Below, piece by piece: positions 1-12,182 of a stretch of 64,000 nucleotides of DNA. The stretch is from positions 197,284,001 to 197,348,000 of the forward strand of contig OZ024740.1 in NCBI GenBank assembly GCA_964016885.1. The letters run 5' to 3'. The position numbers and the translations under genes were made by a program. Source of the DNA: Eledone cirrhosa (lineage: Eukaryota). Below the pieces are notes generated by a model. That model was not told the DNA's origin. It made no database searches and worked only from the letters and a program-made list of their open reading frames with translations. Position 1 is the stretch's first letter. Each line of letters starts with the position of its first letter.

Positions 1-266
1 ATAGTTGAGGTTACATAAAATATAATGCTGGGAGAATATCAAAATGTTATATCATTTTTCCTGTGTTAATATATTTAAGGTTATAGATATTTTTTCACAA
101 TAAACAAATTTTGACATCAATAAAGTTACTCTCTTGTATTAATACACACATGAGGTTGAGTGACATTTTTGAGAAAATAAGTTACCAGTGGTTCTCTCGT
201 ATATACCAATGTATTTCTCCTATATTTATAAGTAGTTAAATAATCTGTTTTAAATAATGATTTATG

Positions 267-887
267 TCAGCAAACAGTGATACAGCTTCCCTTCATGATA
301 TGATTTTTTTCATGTATAGTTAAACCACTTCTTTCAGTGTATGATTTACCACACATATCACAATGATATGTTTTCTCTCTTGTATGAACGATTATGTGTT
401 TAGTTAGGTCACTCTTTTGTGAGAATTTTTTACCACAAATATCACAGTCATATGGTTTGTCTCCTGTGTGACTATATTTGTGAATAGTTAAATGACTTGC
501 TTGAGAGAATGATCTATCACACATATCACAATGATATGGCTTCTCTCCTGTATGACTATACTTGTGTGTAGTTAAGTGACATGTTTGAGAGAAAGCTATA
601 CCACAGATATCACAGTGATATGGTTTCTCTCCAGTATGAATATGTTTGTGTTTAGTTAAGTTACGTCTTTCAACAAATGATTTACCACAGATATCACAGT
701 GATGTGACTTCTCCCCTACATGAATGTGTTTGTGAGTAATTAAGAGATTATTTCGAGAGAATGATGTACCACAGATATCACAGTGATGTGAAGTTTTGAT
801 TTTCTTTTCAATTATCTCACCAGGAAAATCAATCCTTTTGGATTGTATTGTACATTTAACCGGGTTCTCACATAATTCATTTTCCAT
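267..887 (-). CDS. C2H2 zinc-finger protein with 6 fingers and no recognisable effector domain (ZNF-A)
   Basis: 206-aa ORF with six CxxC-x12-HxxxH units and TGEKP-type linkers; paralogous to 49869-50825, including flanks. Confidence 0.92.
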   Translation of the reverse strand: MENELCENPVKCTIQSKRIDFPGEIIEKKIKTSHHCDICGTSFSRNNLLITHKHIHVGEKSHHCDICGKSFVERRNLTKHKHIHTGEKPYHCDICGIAFSQTCHLTTHKYSHTGEKPYHCDMCDRSFSQASHLTIHKYSHTGDKPYDCDICGKKFSQKSDLTKHIIVHTREKTYHCDMCGKSYTERSGLTIHEKNHIMKGSCITVC

Positions 888-1137
888 AGTTTTCCTTCTT
901 TCATCACAACATATTTCTCTTTTTCATATATTTTATTCCCAATAAATATTTCTACCTTTGAATTTCCATCAAACTGTGATCTTTGTTCATATCTGAAGCA
1001 GGTTGTTATCTCCTTTGCAAGTTTGTCTAAGTTTAATTAGACTGTAAGATCATCTTGTAGATATTCCATATAATAAAAAAAAATGTTGCTATTAATCTCA
1101 GTTCAGAGGAAATATTTCAAAATAATTTTACCATATT

Positions 1138-2760
1138 TTTGTCGACTTGGAGAAAGCCTTCAACAGAGTCTCCCGCTCCATTATCTGGTGGGCTCTTAGA
1201 AAACTAGGCGTTGACGAATGGCTTGTGAGGGCTATACAAGCCATGTATAAAGAAATAGTCAGCAAGGTTAGAATTAACAACGAATATAGTGAAGAGTTTA
1301 GCGTAAAAGTTGGCGTCCATCAGGGCTCTGTTCTCAGCCCCCTACTATTTATTATTGCCCTTCAGGCTATAACAGAGGAGTTCAAGACCGGCTGCCCATG
1401 GGAACTCCTATACGCAGACGACCTGACACTCGTAGCGGAATCAATGGCCGAGCTAGAGAAGAAATTCCAAACATGGAAGCACGGCCTAGAGTCAAAAGGA
1501 CTTAAAATTAACCTGGCTAAGACTAAAGTTCTAGTTTGTAGGAAAGAAAACAAGGCGGCGGTCCCTTCTGGGAAATGGTCGTGCTCGGTGTGTAGGAAAG
1601 GCGTAGGTAGAAACTCCATTTTATGTCCTAAATGCAAAGTATGGGTGCATAAAAGATGTAGTGGGATCACAGGTAAGCTAACTAAGAACATAGATTTTAC
1701 ATGTGGCCGGTGTTCTGGTGCAATAAGTAGCAGCAAGTGCCCACAAAATACTAGCTCTTTCAATTGCGCAGAGGGTTCTATAGAAATAGTGGACAGCTTC
1801 CGTTACCTGGGCGATAAAATCAGCAGTGGGGGAGGGTGCTCTGAACATACAGTAGCTAGAGTCAGAACTGGTTGGAAAAAGTTCAGGGAGGTTATACCAC
1901 TATTAGCTGCTAAAGGGTTCTCCCTAAAAATGAAAGGCAGGTTGTACGATGCCTGCATACGAACAGCAATGTTGCATGGCAGTGAGACCTGGGCATTGTG
2001 TGCAGAGGATATACGCAGACTAGAGAGGAACGAAGCTTGCATGCTCCGCTGGATGTGTAACAGTAATATACGTGAACGGCAAAGCATAAACGAACTAAGG
2101 AAAAAATTAGAGATAAGAGGGATCAGATGTTGTTTACTCGAGAGAAGGCTACGTTGGTATGGACACGTGATGCGCATGAAAGTCGATAGTTGTATAACAA
2201 AGTGCAGGGCAATAAAGATAGACGGTAGCCACGGAATAGGCAGACCTAGAAAAACCTGGGACGAGCTGATAAACTCCGACCTCACACACTTACACCTCTC
2301 CAAGACAATGTCACTGGACCGAGACCTTTGGCGGTACTCAGTAACAGAGAAGACCCGCCTTACCTAAATATATAGTAAAACCTACTCCAGCCAGTAGGCA
2401 TCTCTAACAAAATACACTCCGTCCCACCCCCACCCCATCCACACCACCCCGTTCTATGTAAAGTTATGTTGGTGCCGCGCCATCCAGGCCGAAACAAATG
2501 AGATCATGTAGGTGTCACGACAAAAAAACACACAGTCCACGCTGTAATGTGGCCGTGTAGGCAACATGGTAAAAACCTCCCAGACCCACACTGTAAATGT
2601 GGTTGGTGTTAGGAAGGGCATCCAACTGTAGAAAACCTGCCAGACAGTCCTATGCGAGCAAGACAATCACTCTTGCCTCAAGTGGGACTACCCCCGTCCA
2701 AACCCATGCAAGCGTGGAACACGGACGTTAAACGTTGATGATGATGATGATGATGATGAT
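1138..2760 (+). mobile_element. 5'-truncated RTE-clade LINE with a PHD-like finger in the RT region
   Basis: Starts at FVDLEKAF; GVHQGSVLSPLLF, LLYADD, FRYLG, RLRWYGHV and GRPRKTW motifs; 3' UTR ends in a (GAT)n tail at 2737-2760. Confidence 0.93.
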
Positions 2761-2860
2761 TATATCTCTTATATATAAAATCTTTTAGTCTTTCAAAATA
2801 ATAAACAATGATGTATCTCAGGTAAAAGACAATTCTGTTTTGTCAACATCATCTGATATT

Positions 2861-2880
2861 CTGAAATAATAGAGAAATAG
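2861..2880 (-). promoter_or_regulatory. Putative splice acceptor of the ZNF-A coding exon (exon starts at 2860)
   Basis: Minus strand reads ctatttctctattatttcag|AATATCAGATG; conserved at 50971-50990 in the paralog. Confidence 0.65.
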
Positions 2881-3011
2881 TAAAAATAAAAAGTTAAAAA
2901 ATGAAAGTTTGGCTTCATTTCTATATTGATAGATTGTAGATATAACATTTAATATGAACATTTGAAGTTTAATTTTCAATTTATCAAAATAGCATACAAC
3001 CTTGTGTGAAG

Positions 3012-3980
3012 TAAGCTACACCTTCAGATTGTGAAACTTTATATATATGTTGAACTACAGCTCTATCTTCAGAATGGGTAACATTATATATGTCAAATTA
3101 CAGCTATACCTTCAAATTATGTAATATATATGAAACTACAGCTACACCTTCAGATTATGTAATATATGTTAAGCTGCACCTAACCTTCAGATTGTGTAAT
3201 ATAAGTGAACTAAAGCTACATCTTCAGAATATGTAATATAAGTGAAACTACAGCTACACCTTCAAATTGTGTAATATAAGTGAAACTACAGCTAAACCTT
3301 CAGATTATGTAATATAAGTGAACTAAAGCTACATCTTCAGATTATGTAATATATGTGAAACTACAGCTACATCTTCAGATTGTGTAATATTTGTGAAACT
3401 ACATCTTCAGATTGTGTAATATTTGTGAAACTGCAGCTCTATCTTCAGAATAAGTAACATTATATATATGTCAAATTACAGCTATATCTTCAGATTGTGT
3501 AATATATGTGAAACTACAGCTATACCTTCAGATTGTGTAATATATGTTAAGCTACACCTTCAGATTGTGTAATATATGTTAAGCTACAGCTACATCTTCA
3601 GATTGTGTAATATATGTGAAACTACAGCTATACCTTCAGATTGTGTAATATATGTTAAGCTACATTACACCTTCAGATTGTGTAATATATGTGAAACTAC
3701 AGCTATACCTTCAGATTGTGTAATATATGTTAAGCTACATTACACCTTCAGATTGTGTAATATATGTTGAACTACAGCTACGTCTTCAGATTGTGTAATA
3801 TATGTGAAACTACAGCTACATCTTCAGATTGTGTAATATATGTTAAGCTACATTACATCTTCAGATTGTGTAATATATGTGAAACTACAGCTACGTCTTC
3901 AGATTGTGTAATATATGTGAAACAACTACACCTTCAGATTGTGTAACATTAAATATATGTTAAACTACAACTATACCTTT
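3012..3980. repeat. Minisatellite, about 38-bp unit (CTTCAGATTGTGTAATATATGTGAAACTACAGCTATAC), roughly 25 copies
   Basis: Directly visible tandem array; only about 2 units at the paralogous site 51160-51245. Confidence 0.92.
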
Positions 3981-3984
3981 AGTG

Positions 3985-4733
3985 GGAGCTGATGTCTGTA
4001 GGGGTGTGAGGTATCGATGTAGCAAACTCCTAGAATCCATGGTCTTTCTTGTTGCCTGAATGCCAGTCGCTTCGCGCATTACATGGAGCTAAACCTTATT
4101 CTCAAGAGAGCTTTAGCCTGGGCAAACAATCCCTCAATCTTGGAACCATTGTCCAGAGTTGATGGGAAATACCATTGTCCAGAGTTGATGGGAAATACCT
4201 GATGACCTTACCCTGTGTCCCTGGGCAAGAAGCAGGTGCCTTGTCTGGGATGTCACAGTTAGTGACTCTTATGCTTCTCCCCACATCCTGGATGCTGTGG
4301 TTAGGGCGAGAGCCACAGCTAAATGGAACAAAATCCTAAAATACCGTGATCTGTCGGCCAACTATATCTTCCAGCTTGTGGCATTCGAGACGTTTGGGGT
4401 AGTCAGGCTACTGACTGCGAGATTCCTATCTGCACTGGCGGCTCGCCTAACAGAAGTAACTGGTGAAGCTCGTGAGGGCGCTTGGTCGTTCCAGTGCATC
4501 AGCCACGCCATCACCCGAGGTAACGTTGTGAGTGTGCTAGTTTGACTCAAAAATCATTAGAGAGGCTTCCCAGTGCTAATTGCGATACTGTTATCTTTTC
4601 CTCTGGTAGCGGCTCGGCTGTCCACCCTTTCACCTGCCTTTTGTAGTACTTGGTCTCAGATGTGTGTGCTTTTTCTATTTTTTCTGTTTTTCCTTTCCTT
4701 TATATTATATTTATTTGTGCTTTTGTTCTGTAA
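3985..4733 (+). mobile_element. CRE-clade non-LTR retrotransposon 3' fragment (restriction-like endonuclease plus 3' UTR), degenerate
   Basis: Hand translation gives HGLSC..LEP..DGK.PD..PW..LVWDVTV..KY..VAFETFG..FQCIS.AI.RGN; 26-bp tandem duplication at 4145-4196. Confidence 0.8.
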
Positions 4734-4889
4734 ACATTGGCTCTGTGCATTCTGAGTTCAAATTCCCCCCCCCCCCCCTGCCAGAGTTGTGAATGACAGT
4801 GTCAGTATTGAACACGAGTTCCTTTGATCTAATCTATTGTTTAACATTGTAAATTAAAATTGTATTCACTGTTGTATGAAAAGAAATAT

Positions 4890-5062
4890 AATTATTTCTA
4901 CTTTTGGCACAAGGCCAGCAATTACCTTAGTACATTACTGGTACTTTATTTTATCGACCCCGTAAGGATGAAAGGCAAAGTTTATCTCGAGTTCAAATCC
5001 TGCCGAGGTTAACTTTGCCTTTCATCCTTACGAGGTCGATAAAATAAAGTACTAGTAATGTA
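4890..5062. mobile_element. Two head-to-head fragments of tRNA-SINE family 1 forming a hairpin
   Basis: About 52-bp arms: 4931-4982 versus 5010-5061. Confidence 0.8.
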
Positions 5063-5067
5063 CAATG

Positions 5068-5408
5068 CTTACAGAACGAAAGCAGAAACAAATATTTTAA
5101 ATAAAGTATAACAATAAAGGAAAGGGAGAACAGGAAAAAGAAAGAAAGAAAACAACACAGAAGCGGTTAGCACACATCTGGGACCACATACAACAAAAGG
5201 CAAGCGAAAGGGGTGGACAACCGAGCCGCTACCAGAGTAAAAGACAACAATGTCGGGAGGTGCACTGGGAACTGCTCTAATAATTTTTGGGGCAAGCCAA
5301 CACGCTCGCGGCGTTTCCTTGGGTGATGCGCTGGAACAACCAAGCCCCCTCACGAGCTTCACCAGTTACCTGTTAGTCAGTAGCCTGACTACCATAAACG
5401 TCTCGAAC
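5068..5408 (-). mobile_element. Second CRE 3' fragment, inverted relative to 4385-4733
   Basis: Reverse complement aligns with 4385-4733, with internal deletions. Confidence 0.8.
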
Positions 5409-5606
5409 GATTTGTTTTATGCGTTTATATTTATTTAACAACGATATATTTGCGAGCAATTTGAAATTGCATTTATGTATATATATATATATATATATAT
5501 ATACAAATATATATTAGATAATTTACTTTAAAAAATGTTTTTTAAATTTTTTTATTATAATTACTATATACTGCGAGAGAGGAACACAATTCTATTACGT
5601 GAACAC

Positions 5607-5744
5607 ATTATTACAGACTTAAAATCCCGCCGAGATTGACTTTGCTTTTCATCCTTACGGGGTCGATAAAATAAAGTACCAGTAATGCACTGGGTATTTA
5701 CTGGCCTTGTGCCTAAAGTAGAACCAATTATTACAGACTTAAAA
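5607..5744 (+). mobile_element. 5'-truncated SINE family 1 copy with an 18-bp target-site duplication
   Basis: ATTATTACAGACTTAAAA at 5607-5624 and 5727-5744; insertion absent from the paralogous site near 52300. Confidence 0.8.
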
Positions 5745-5763
5745 GAAATGTTTGTCAACTTAC

Positions 5764-5870
5764 GCTCTTCAGAAGTAAACAGTGCATCAGTGTTTTTATA
5801 AAACTACCAAAGAATTAATCTCGTTGTTTTTAACTGTTTTAAATCAACTTTAATCTACAATCTAGATTCT
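5764..5870 (-). other. Putative non-coding first exon of ZNF-A
   Basis: GTAAGT donor at 5763-5758; block conserved with 52326-52445 upstream of ZNF-B. Confidence 0.6.
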
Positions 5871-5872
5871 TC

Positions 5873-6010
5873 GGCACTACAACGCTATTAGCTGTCAGTC
5901 GAAGCAGCCGATGAAAGCAAAACATCGTTTATTTCCGTATAACTACCACGCGTAAGTGGAGTTACTTAAATGAAAATATAGGTGGCCCTTAAAAGGGCCA
6001 AACTAGAATA
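5873..6010 (-). mobile_element. Partial copy of the GGGCACTAC MITE family (full copy at 44241-44599)
   Basis: TIR ggcactacaacgctattagctgtca plus internal sequence matching 44345-44600. Confidence 0.75.
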
Positions 6011-6063
6011 TACCGCTGCGTTTTTACAGTTTTACTAGTTACACACACACGCACATATATATA

Positions 6064-6148
6064 TACACACGGTGTCTCCTCCAAAATATATACACACTTT
6101 GATTACTTTGCTGTTGAAGTGTGTATACATTTTTGGGGACACTGTGTT
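6064..6148. mobile_element. Small Tc1/mariner-type MITE (related end at 19225-19265)
   Basis: Imperfect TIRs ggtgtctcctccaaaatatatacacactt / aagtgtgtatacatttttggggacact in TA-rich context. Confidence 0.55.
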
Positions 6149-6154
6149 TGTATA

Positions 6155-6198
<44 letters not shown>

Positions 6199-6869
6199 GG
6201 GAAGGGAGACATTTTTGGATGCTATACCTGACATAATAAAAAACCAAAATACACCCCTAACATTTGTCGGAATATCAATCACGAGAGTAGATAAATAAAT
6301 ATATAAATACATAAATAAGAAATGATAGAAAAGGAAAAGAAAATTCCTACATTATGTAATATTCCCAGTCACCCCTAAATTTTCCCTAAATTTCAAAACC
6401 GGGAGGGAAAAGTCCGAGGGTTAACATCCCAAATGATGGTACCTCAAATACTAGTGTATCCCTTCGCATTACAGTTTAAAGCAATACATATGATCGCTTT
6501 GATGACTCTTATTCGTTTCTAAGGGTCTCGTTTTTCTCTCTTCTTTCTATCATATATATATATATATATATATATATGTCAAAATCTTTCCCTCTGTCTA
6601 TCTCTTTCCCTCTCTGTCTATCTTTTGCCATAAAAACGATAATGATAATCAATTCAATTAAGAAATATATATATATATATATTATTAGTATTATTATTAA
6701 AATTAAATACCATTTATTCTGCGGCTGAGAGTTTCATCTTCTCCATCATTCGCTCCTCCAAAATCGTAGTACTCGTCGCTATTGTATGTGTGTGTTTCTG
6801 CGTATATATATATATATGTGGTGTGTATGTGTTTGTGTGTACACATACGCATTCACATATTTAGAGGTA

Positions 6870-7012
6870 ATATCACGTGAACATAATCACGTGACAAATC
6901 ACATTATTCTTTCAAAAGGAAATGTTTGGCGCCATTTTTCTCCAGGGAATAGCGCAAGCGTCAACAAACACAAGAAGGAACAGTAAAAGCAAAAGATAAG
7001 AAAATGGTAAGT
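6870..7012 (+). promoter_or_regulatory. Putative promoter and first exon of a plus-strand transcript
   Basis: Two TCACGTGA E-boxes, a YY1-like CGCCATTTT motif, then ATG at 7004-7006 directly followed by a GTAAGT donor. Confidence 0.45.
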
Positions 7013-8057
7013 AATATCAAATAATTATTAAAAAGTGTTAACATTAAAAACGTTACAGGATTAATCTTCCTGTTTTCTTTTAATTTCTAACCTCTAATCT
7101 GTACTTTTTCTTCCTAAATACTTCTCAATTCTTATTATTACTCACCACAACATATCCACTCTTCCATCTTTCTTCATATCATTGGCCATAAAAATTATTA
7201 TTACCTTTTAAATACTTTATAGCATTACCTTTAAAAATCCTTCGTAAACAAACATATTTTGACGTTAGATTATTCCTCTTCAGTTCATTATATTTTTCTC
7301 CCTTTCATGCTCGTCTGACTTTTACATATCACAATACATAAAAACAAACTTAAACCCTAACTAATCTCCTTTATTACATTATATTATTACCATTAGAAAA
7401 TACTTCATAAACATATATATTTTGATGTTAGAGTCTTCTCTTCCTTAGACACTATCTTCTTCTTTGCTTTCTGCGCTCATTTGTAAACAAACTATTTACA
7501 TATATTACGCATACATATTACATTACATAAAAACAAACTTAAACACTAACTATTTCCTCTAAATTCATAATTCATCCACTCTTCTACTTCTTTTCACCTT
7601 ATATCCTTAATAACATTAATATTTTAATTTTAATAATACATATTAACAATTTATTTTTATCGCACATATTATTAAACCCTTCAATATACAAACCTTAATT
7701 TAATATTATTCTTAATTTCTTTTTTCTTTTCATCAACTTTTTATTTTCAAATTCTTTAAAATTATATATTATCTTCCAACGGCTTTTTAACCTCTCTCTG
7801 TGAAACAATATATATTTTTTCTCAGTTATAAAGGCTATCTCTCTCTTTCTATCACCCATCTCTCCGCCTATCTCATCCTTCCTTATTATACTCCTCGCCC
7901 ACCATTCTTTACTCTTATCTCCTCCTCTTTTTCACCCTTTTCAACCCCCCTCACTTTTTTCCCAATATCACACATCAATCTTAAATTACTTTTCATATGT
8001 TGATTTAAAACTTCACTATTCACAAGTGTTTTTTAACCTTCATATCATGTATCCCTA

Positions 8058-8124
8058 TTTTATCTGACGAAAACGCAAATGTCATCTCATGATGATATTG
8101 GTTTTTGAAATGCGCATAATAAAA
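8058..8124 (+). ncRNA. Type I hammerhead ribozyme motif (Penelope pLTR type)
   Basis: TTTTAT-CTGACGA-stem II-GAAA-TGCGCA-TA-ATAAAA, with stem I pairing and a palindromic stem III. Confidence 0.7.
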
Positions 8125-8156
8125 CACATGGAACTCTTTTAACCATCTTTTGATCT

Positions 8157-8199
<43 letters not shown>

Positions 8200-8407
8200 A
8201 AAAAAAAAATTATCAGCAATTAAATCTATTAAACTAAGATTTTATTGTTTTATATTTTGTATCTCGGCTCTGTAATACATTTGAAAATTTACATTGAGCC
8301 TTTTCTCCTACCGGTAACTGGCTAGGACTTAGTATTACCATCCATATTTATAATCATATATAAGTATAAATATTATTATTATTACTATGTATGTATATAT
8401 ATATATG

Positions 8408-8473
<66 letters not shown>

Positions 8474-8474
<1 letters not shown>

Positions 8475-8742
8475 ATAATAATAAAGAAGAAAGACGGTAT
8501 CACTTGTTCATCCCTATTTATTTTATACTTATTTCGAAGACATATGTCATTTGTATAATATCTGCCCTACGTGTTTTCTTCCGACAAAAATCCATGCAAG
8601 ATGTAAATATCCGTTGATATGAGATATTCGTTGATATCCGTTGATATGAGAACACGTAAGGCAGGTGTTATACAAATGAAATACGCATTAATAAAATAAA
8701 TAGGGATAGGCAAATAATACCGTCTTTCTTGTTTATTATTAT
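8474..8742. mobile_element. MITE-like element with imperfect TIRs of about 105 bp
   Basis: 8474-8578 is the reverse complement of 8648-8742. Confidence 0.65.
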
Positions 8743-8744
8743 AA

Positions 8745-8852
8745 CCCGCCGAGGTTAACTTTGCCTTTCATCCTTATGGGGTCGATAAAATAAAGTACCA
8801 GTAATACACTAAGTAATTGCTGGCCTTGTGCCAAAGTAGAAACAATTATTAT
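8745..8852 (+). mobile_element. SINE family 1 fragment
   Basis: gaggttaactttgcctttcatccttatggggtcgataaaataaagtaccagt core plus 3' tail. Confidence 0.75.
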
Positions 8853-9240
8853 AATAAAACTCCGGATAAACATAAACTGTTGAGTGTGTGTCATCTCTTA
8901 TGAAAGAGTCGGCAGATTTTGAATCAACCAACTTTCCTTAGTTGAATAAATATATGTATGTATATATATATACGTATATTTTCTTTAATATTGCAACATT
9001 AAAGGAATATATCCTTCTGAAAGAATCGCGAGCAATTTATAATGTTATTTAAGCATTGGTAATGTTATTTATGTATATATTTAAAACATATTTGCTATGT
9101 TATTCTACTGTAAATTTATTTATATGCTTTGTATATATTATATATACACAAATAATGAATCTGTATATTAAAACATCGTTTGTATTATTCAATCAGTTTA
9201 TTGAACAACTAGAATGCTCATCATCAAGTACTTTATACAC

Positions 9241-9272
<32 letters not shown>

Positions 9273-9664
9273 ATGTATGTATGAATCTATATATATGTAT
9301 ATATGTATGTATATCTATATATATGTGTGTGTATGTATATATATGTGTGTATGTATCTATATGTGTGTATGCATGTGTGTGTATGCATATGTGTGTATGT
9401 ATATATATGTATATATATATGAAGATAAATTAACGGAGCCATAGTCGCGTTATTCCCTGTAAATTATGTGCTCAAAGGGAAAGGAATCCTATACATATTG
9501 TATATGTATATATATATATGCATGTATATATATGTATATGTGTATATATATGTATATGTATATGTGTATATATATGCATGTATATGTGTATTTATATATA
9601 TGTGTATGTATGTATATATATGAATGTATATATATATATGTATGTGTATATATATAGATGTAAT

Positions 9665-10705
9665 CTGAATAGTATGGTAGAATATTAAGTGTTAAATGTT
9701 AATTGAACTTTCATGCTTTCGCAATCTTCAGGTTCATATTCTGTGGTGACAGTCAAGTTTGCAATTTTCAACTGTAATGAGATGGGTAAATTTTGTGCCT
9801 TATATACACTGAAAAGCGGCTACAGAATGCTAAATTTTGCAAACTGTATTTCGACCAATTGGTGTGTAGTTTCACTGGATTACTGAAGCTGATTAGTTTA
9901 TGCGTCATGGTTGGTTGAGCATGCCTAACGACTTCTATTTGGCTCTATCCAAAGCATCAATTGTTTTGCTATTTTTAGAAATGATGTAAATAGCATTTTC
10001 TAGGGTTTTTATACCCCTAAGAATTATTATTGTTCATTTAGCTTGGGTTGGAATTTATGAATAAAAATCTTTTCTTTGATTTTTCTCTTGATTTCACTTG
10101 GCCTGTGTAATTTGTAGAATGGAAATATTATAAATATTTTCTGACAACATGTTGCTAGATGGTTATTCAGGGGTATCTGACGGACACTTGGGTCTCTGAT
10201 TTGCTGTCGGTGCACCCATGCACGTTCCGATAGTGCATTTCCAGTTTGACCGACATATAGTTCTTCACAATTCGGGCATTTAATGCAGTAAATTAGATTT
10301 CTGCTTTTGCAGTTCATATTTGCATTTGGGAATATTTTTCAAAATTCCAACCCAAGCTAAATGAACAATAATAATTCTGCTATTTTCATCATTTCTAAAA
10401 ATAGCAAAACAATTGATGCTTTGAATAGGGCCAAATAGAAGTCGCTAGACATGCACAACCAACCGTGATGCCTAAACCAATCAGCTTCAGTAATCCAGTG
10501 AAACTACACACCGATTGGTCGAAATACAGTTTGCAAAATTTAGCATTCTGTAGCCGCTTTTCACTGTATATAAGGCACAACATTTACCCATCTCATTACA
10601 GTTGGAAATTGTAAACTTGACTGTCACCACAGAATATGAACCTGAAGATTGCGAAAGCATGAAATTACTTGTTCAATTAACACTTAATATTCTACCATAC
10701 TATTT
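9665..10705 (-). mobile_element. Truncated Penelope-like element (Neptune-type GIY-YIG end) with an inverted copy of its 3' end
   Basis: ORF 10027-10317 reads NLIYCIKCPNC..YVGQTG..R..H..E..PKLN; 9668-10055 is inverted at 10344-10705. Confidence 0.82.
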
Positions 10706-10821
10706 CATTCTAATACCATTATAATTTTAAAGGATTGTAAATAAAACGAGTAAATCAGACAAAGTTGGAATTCCTTTTATTAATATAATCTTCTATACAC
10801 AATCATACACACCCGTGTATA

Positions 10822-10894
<73 letters not shown>

Positions 10895-11089
10895 ATATAT
10901 AGCTTTTAAGCTATTTTGTAGTATCTCTGTTCAGGAACACATCACTTATATTAAATTAATCTCCCTGGAGCTTTGTAAAAGTCTGAGAGATTGGCTACAT
11001 ATATGTTTTATATATATATTTTTTTGTTTAGATGGAAGACAAAACAAAGATGTATACAAAGATGAAGAAGAGAAAGATAAAGATGAAGA

Positions 11090-12180
11090 ACCGCACTGCA
11101 CAACACCACACTGCACCGCACTGCACCACACCACATCGCACCGCACCACATAACACCGCACTTCACCACACCACATAAAAACATACAACACTACACCACA
11201 CTACTCCACACCACATAACACCACAACACAACACACCACTCCTCACTACTCCACTCCACATACAAATACACCACTCCTCACTACATCACACCACATTAGA
11301 ACACACCACACTACTCCACTCCACATCACAACACACCACTCCTCACTACATCACACCACACTTCTCCACTCCACATAAAAACACACCACTCCTCACTACA
11401 TCACACCACACTACTCCACACCACAACACACACACCACATAACACCACAGCACAACACACCACTCTTCACTACAACACACCACTCCTCACTACAACACAC
11501 CACACTACAGCACACCACACTACTCCTCACTACAACACACCACACTACACCACACCACAACACACCACATAAGAACACACCACACTACTCCACATAAAAA
11601 CACACCACACTACTCCACATAAAAACACACCACACTACTCCACAACACAACACACCGCTCCTCACTATATCACTCCACATAAGAACACACCACACTACTC
11701 CAAATAAGAACGCACCACACTACTCCACACCACATAACACCACAACACAACACACCACTCCTCACTACAACATAACACACCACTCCTCACTACAACACAC
11801 CACACTACTCCACATAAAAACACACCACACTACTCCACACCACAACACAACACACCACTCCTCACTACAACACACCACACTACTCCACATAAAACACAAC
11901 ACACCACTCCTCACTACACCATAACACCACTCCTCACTACAACACACCACACTACTCCACATAAAAACACACCACACTACTCCACACCACATAACAACAC
12001 AACACACCACACCTCACTACATAAAAACACACCTCACTACATCACATCACATAAAAACACACCACACTACTCCACACCACATAACAACACAACACACCAC
12101 ACCTCACTACATAAAAACACACTTCACTACATCACATCACATAAAAACACACCACACTACTCCACACCACATAACTCCCA
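11090..12180. repeat. Compound (CACCA/CACTA)n pentamer satellite; continues at 13104-13455 and 14565-14770
   Basis: Directly visible. Confidence 0.9.
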
Positions 12181-12182
12181 AC

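Noticed and set aside
3012-3980. CRISPR-like regular 38-bp repeats
   Set aside because: Units are contiguous with no unique spacers, there are no cas genes, and the context is eukaryotic
8387-9657. YI/CV-rich ORFs here and at 27411-28796, 37038-37412 and 54557-55540
   Set aside because: Translations of (TA)n/(TG)n microsatellites
10636-10676. Minimal hammerhead CTGAAGA-ttgc-GAAA in the Neptune-type pLTR (mirror at 9703-9736)
   Set aside because: Stem I pairs, but stem III and the cleavage triplet differ between copies and are not convincing; at best a relic
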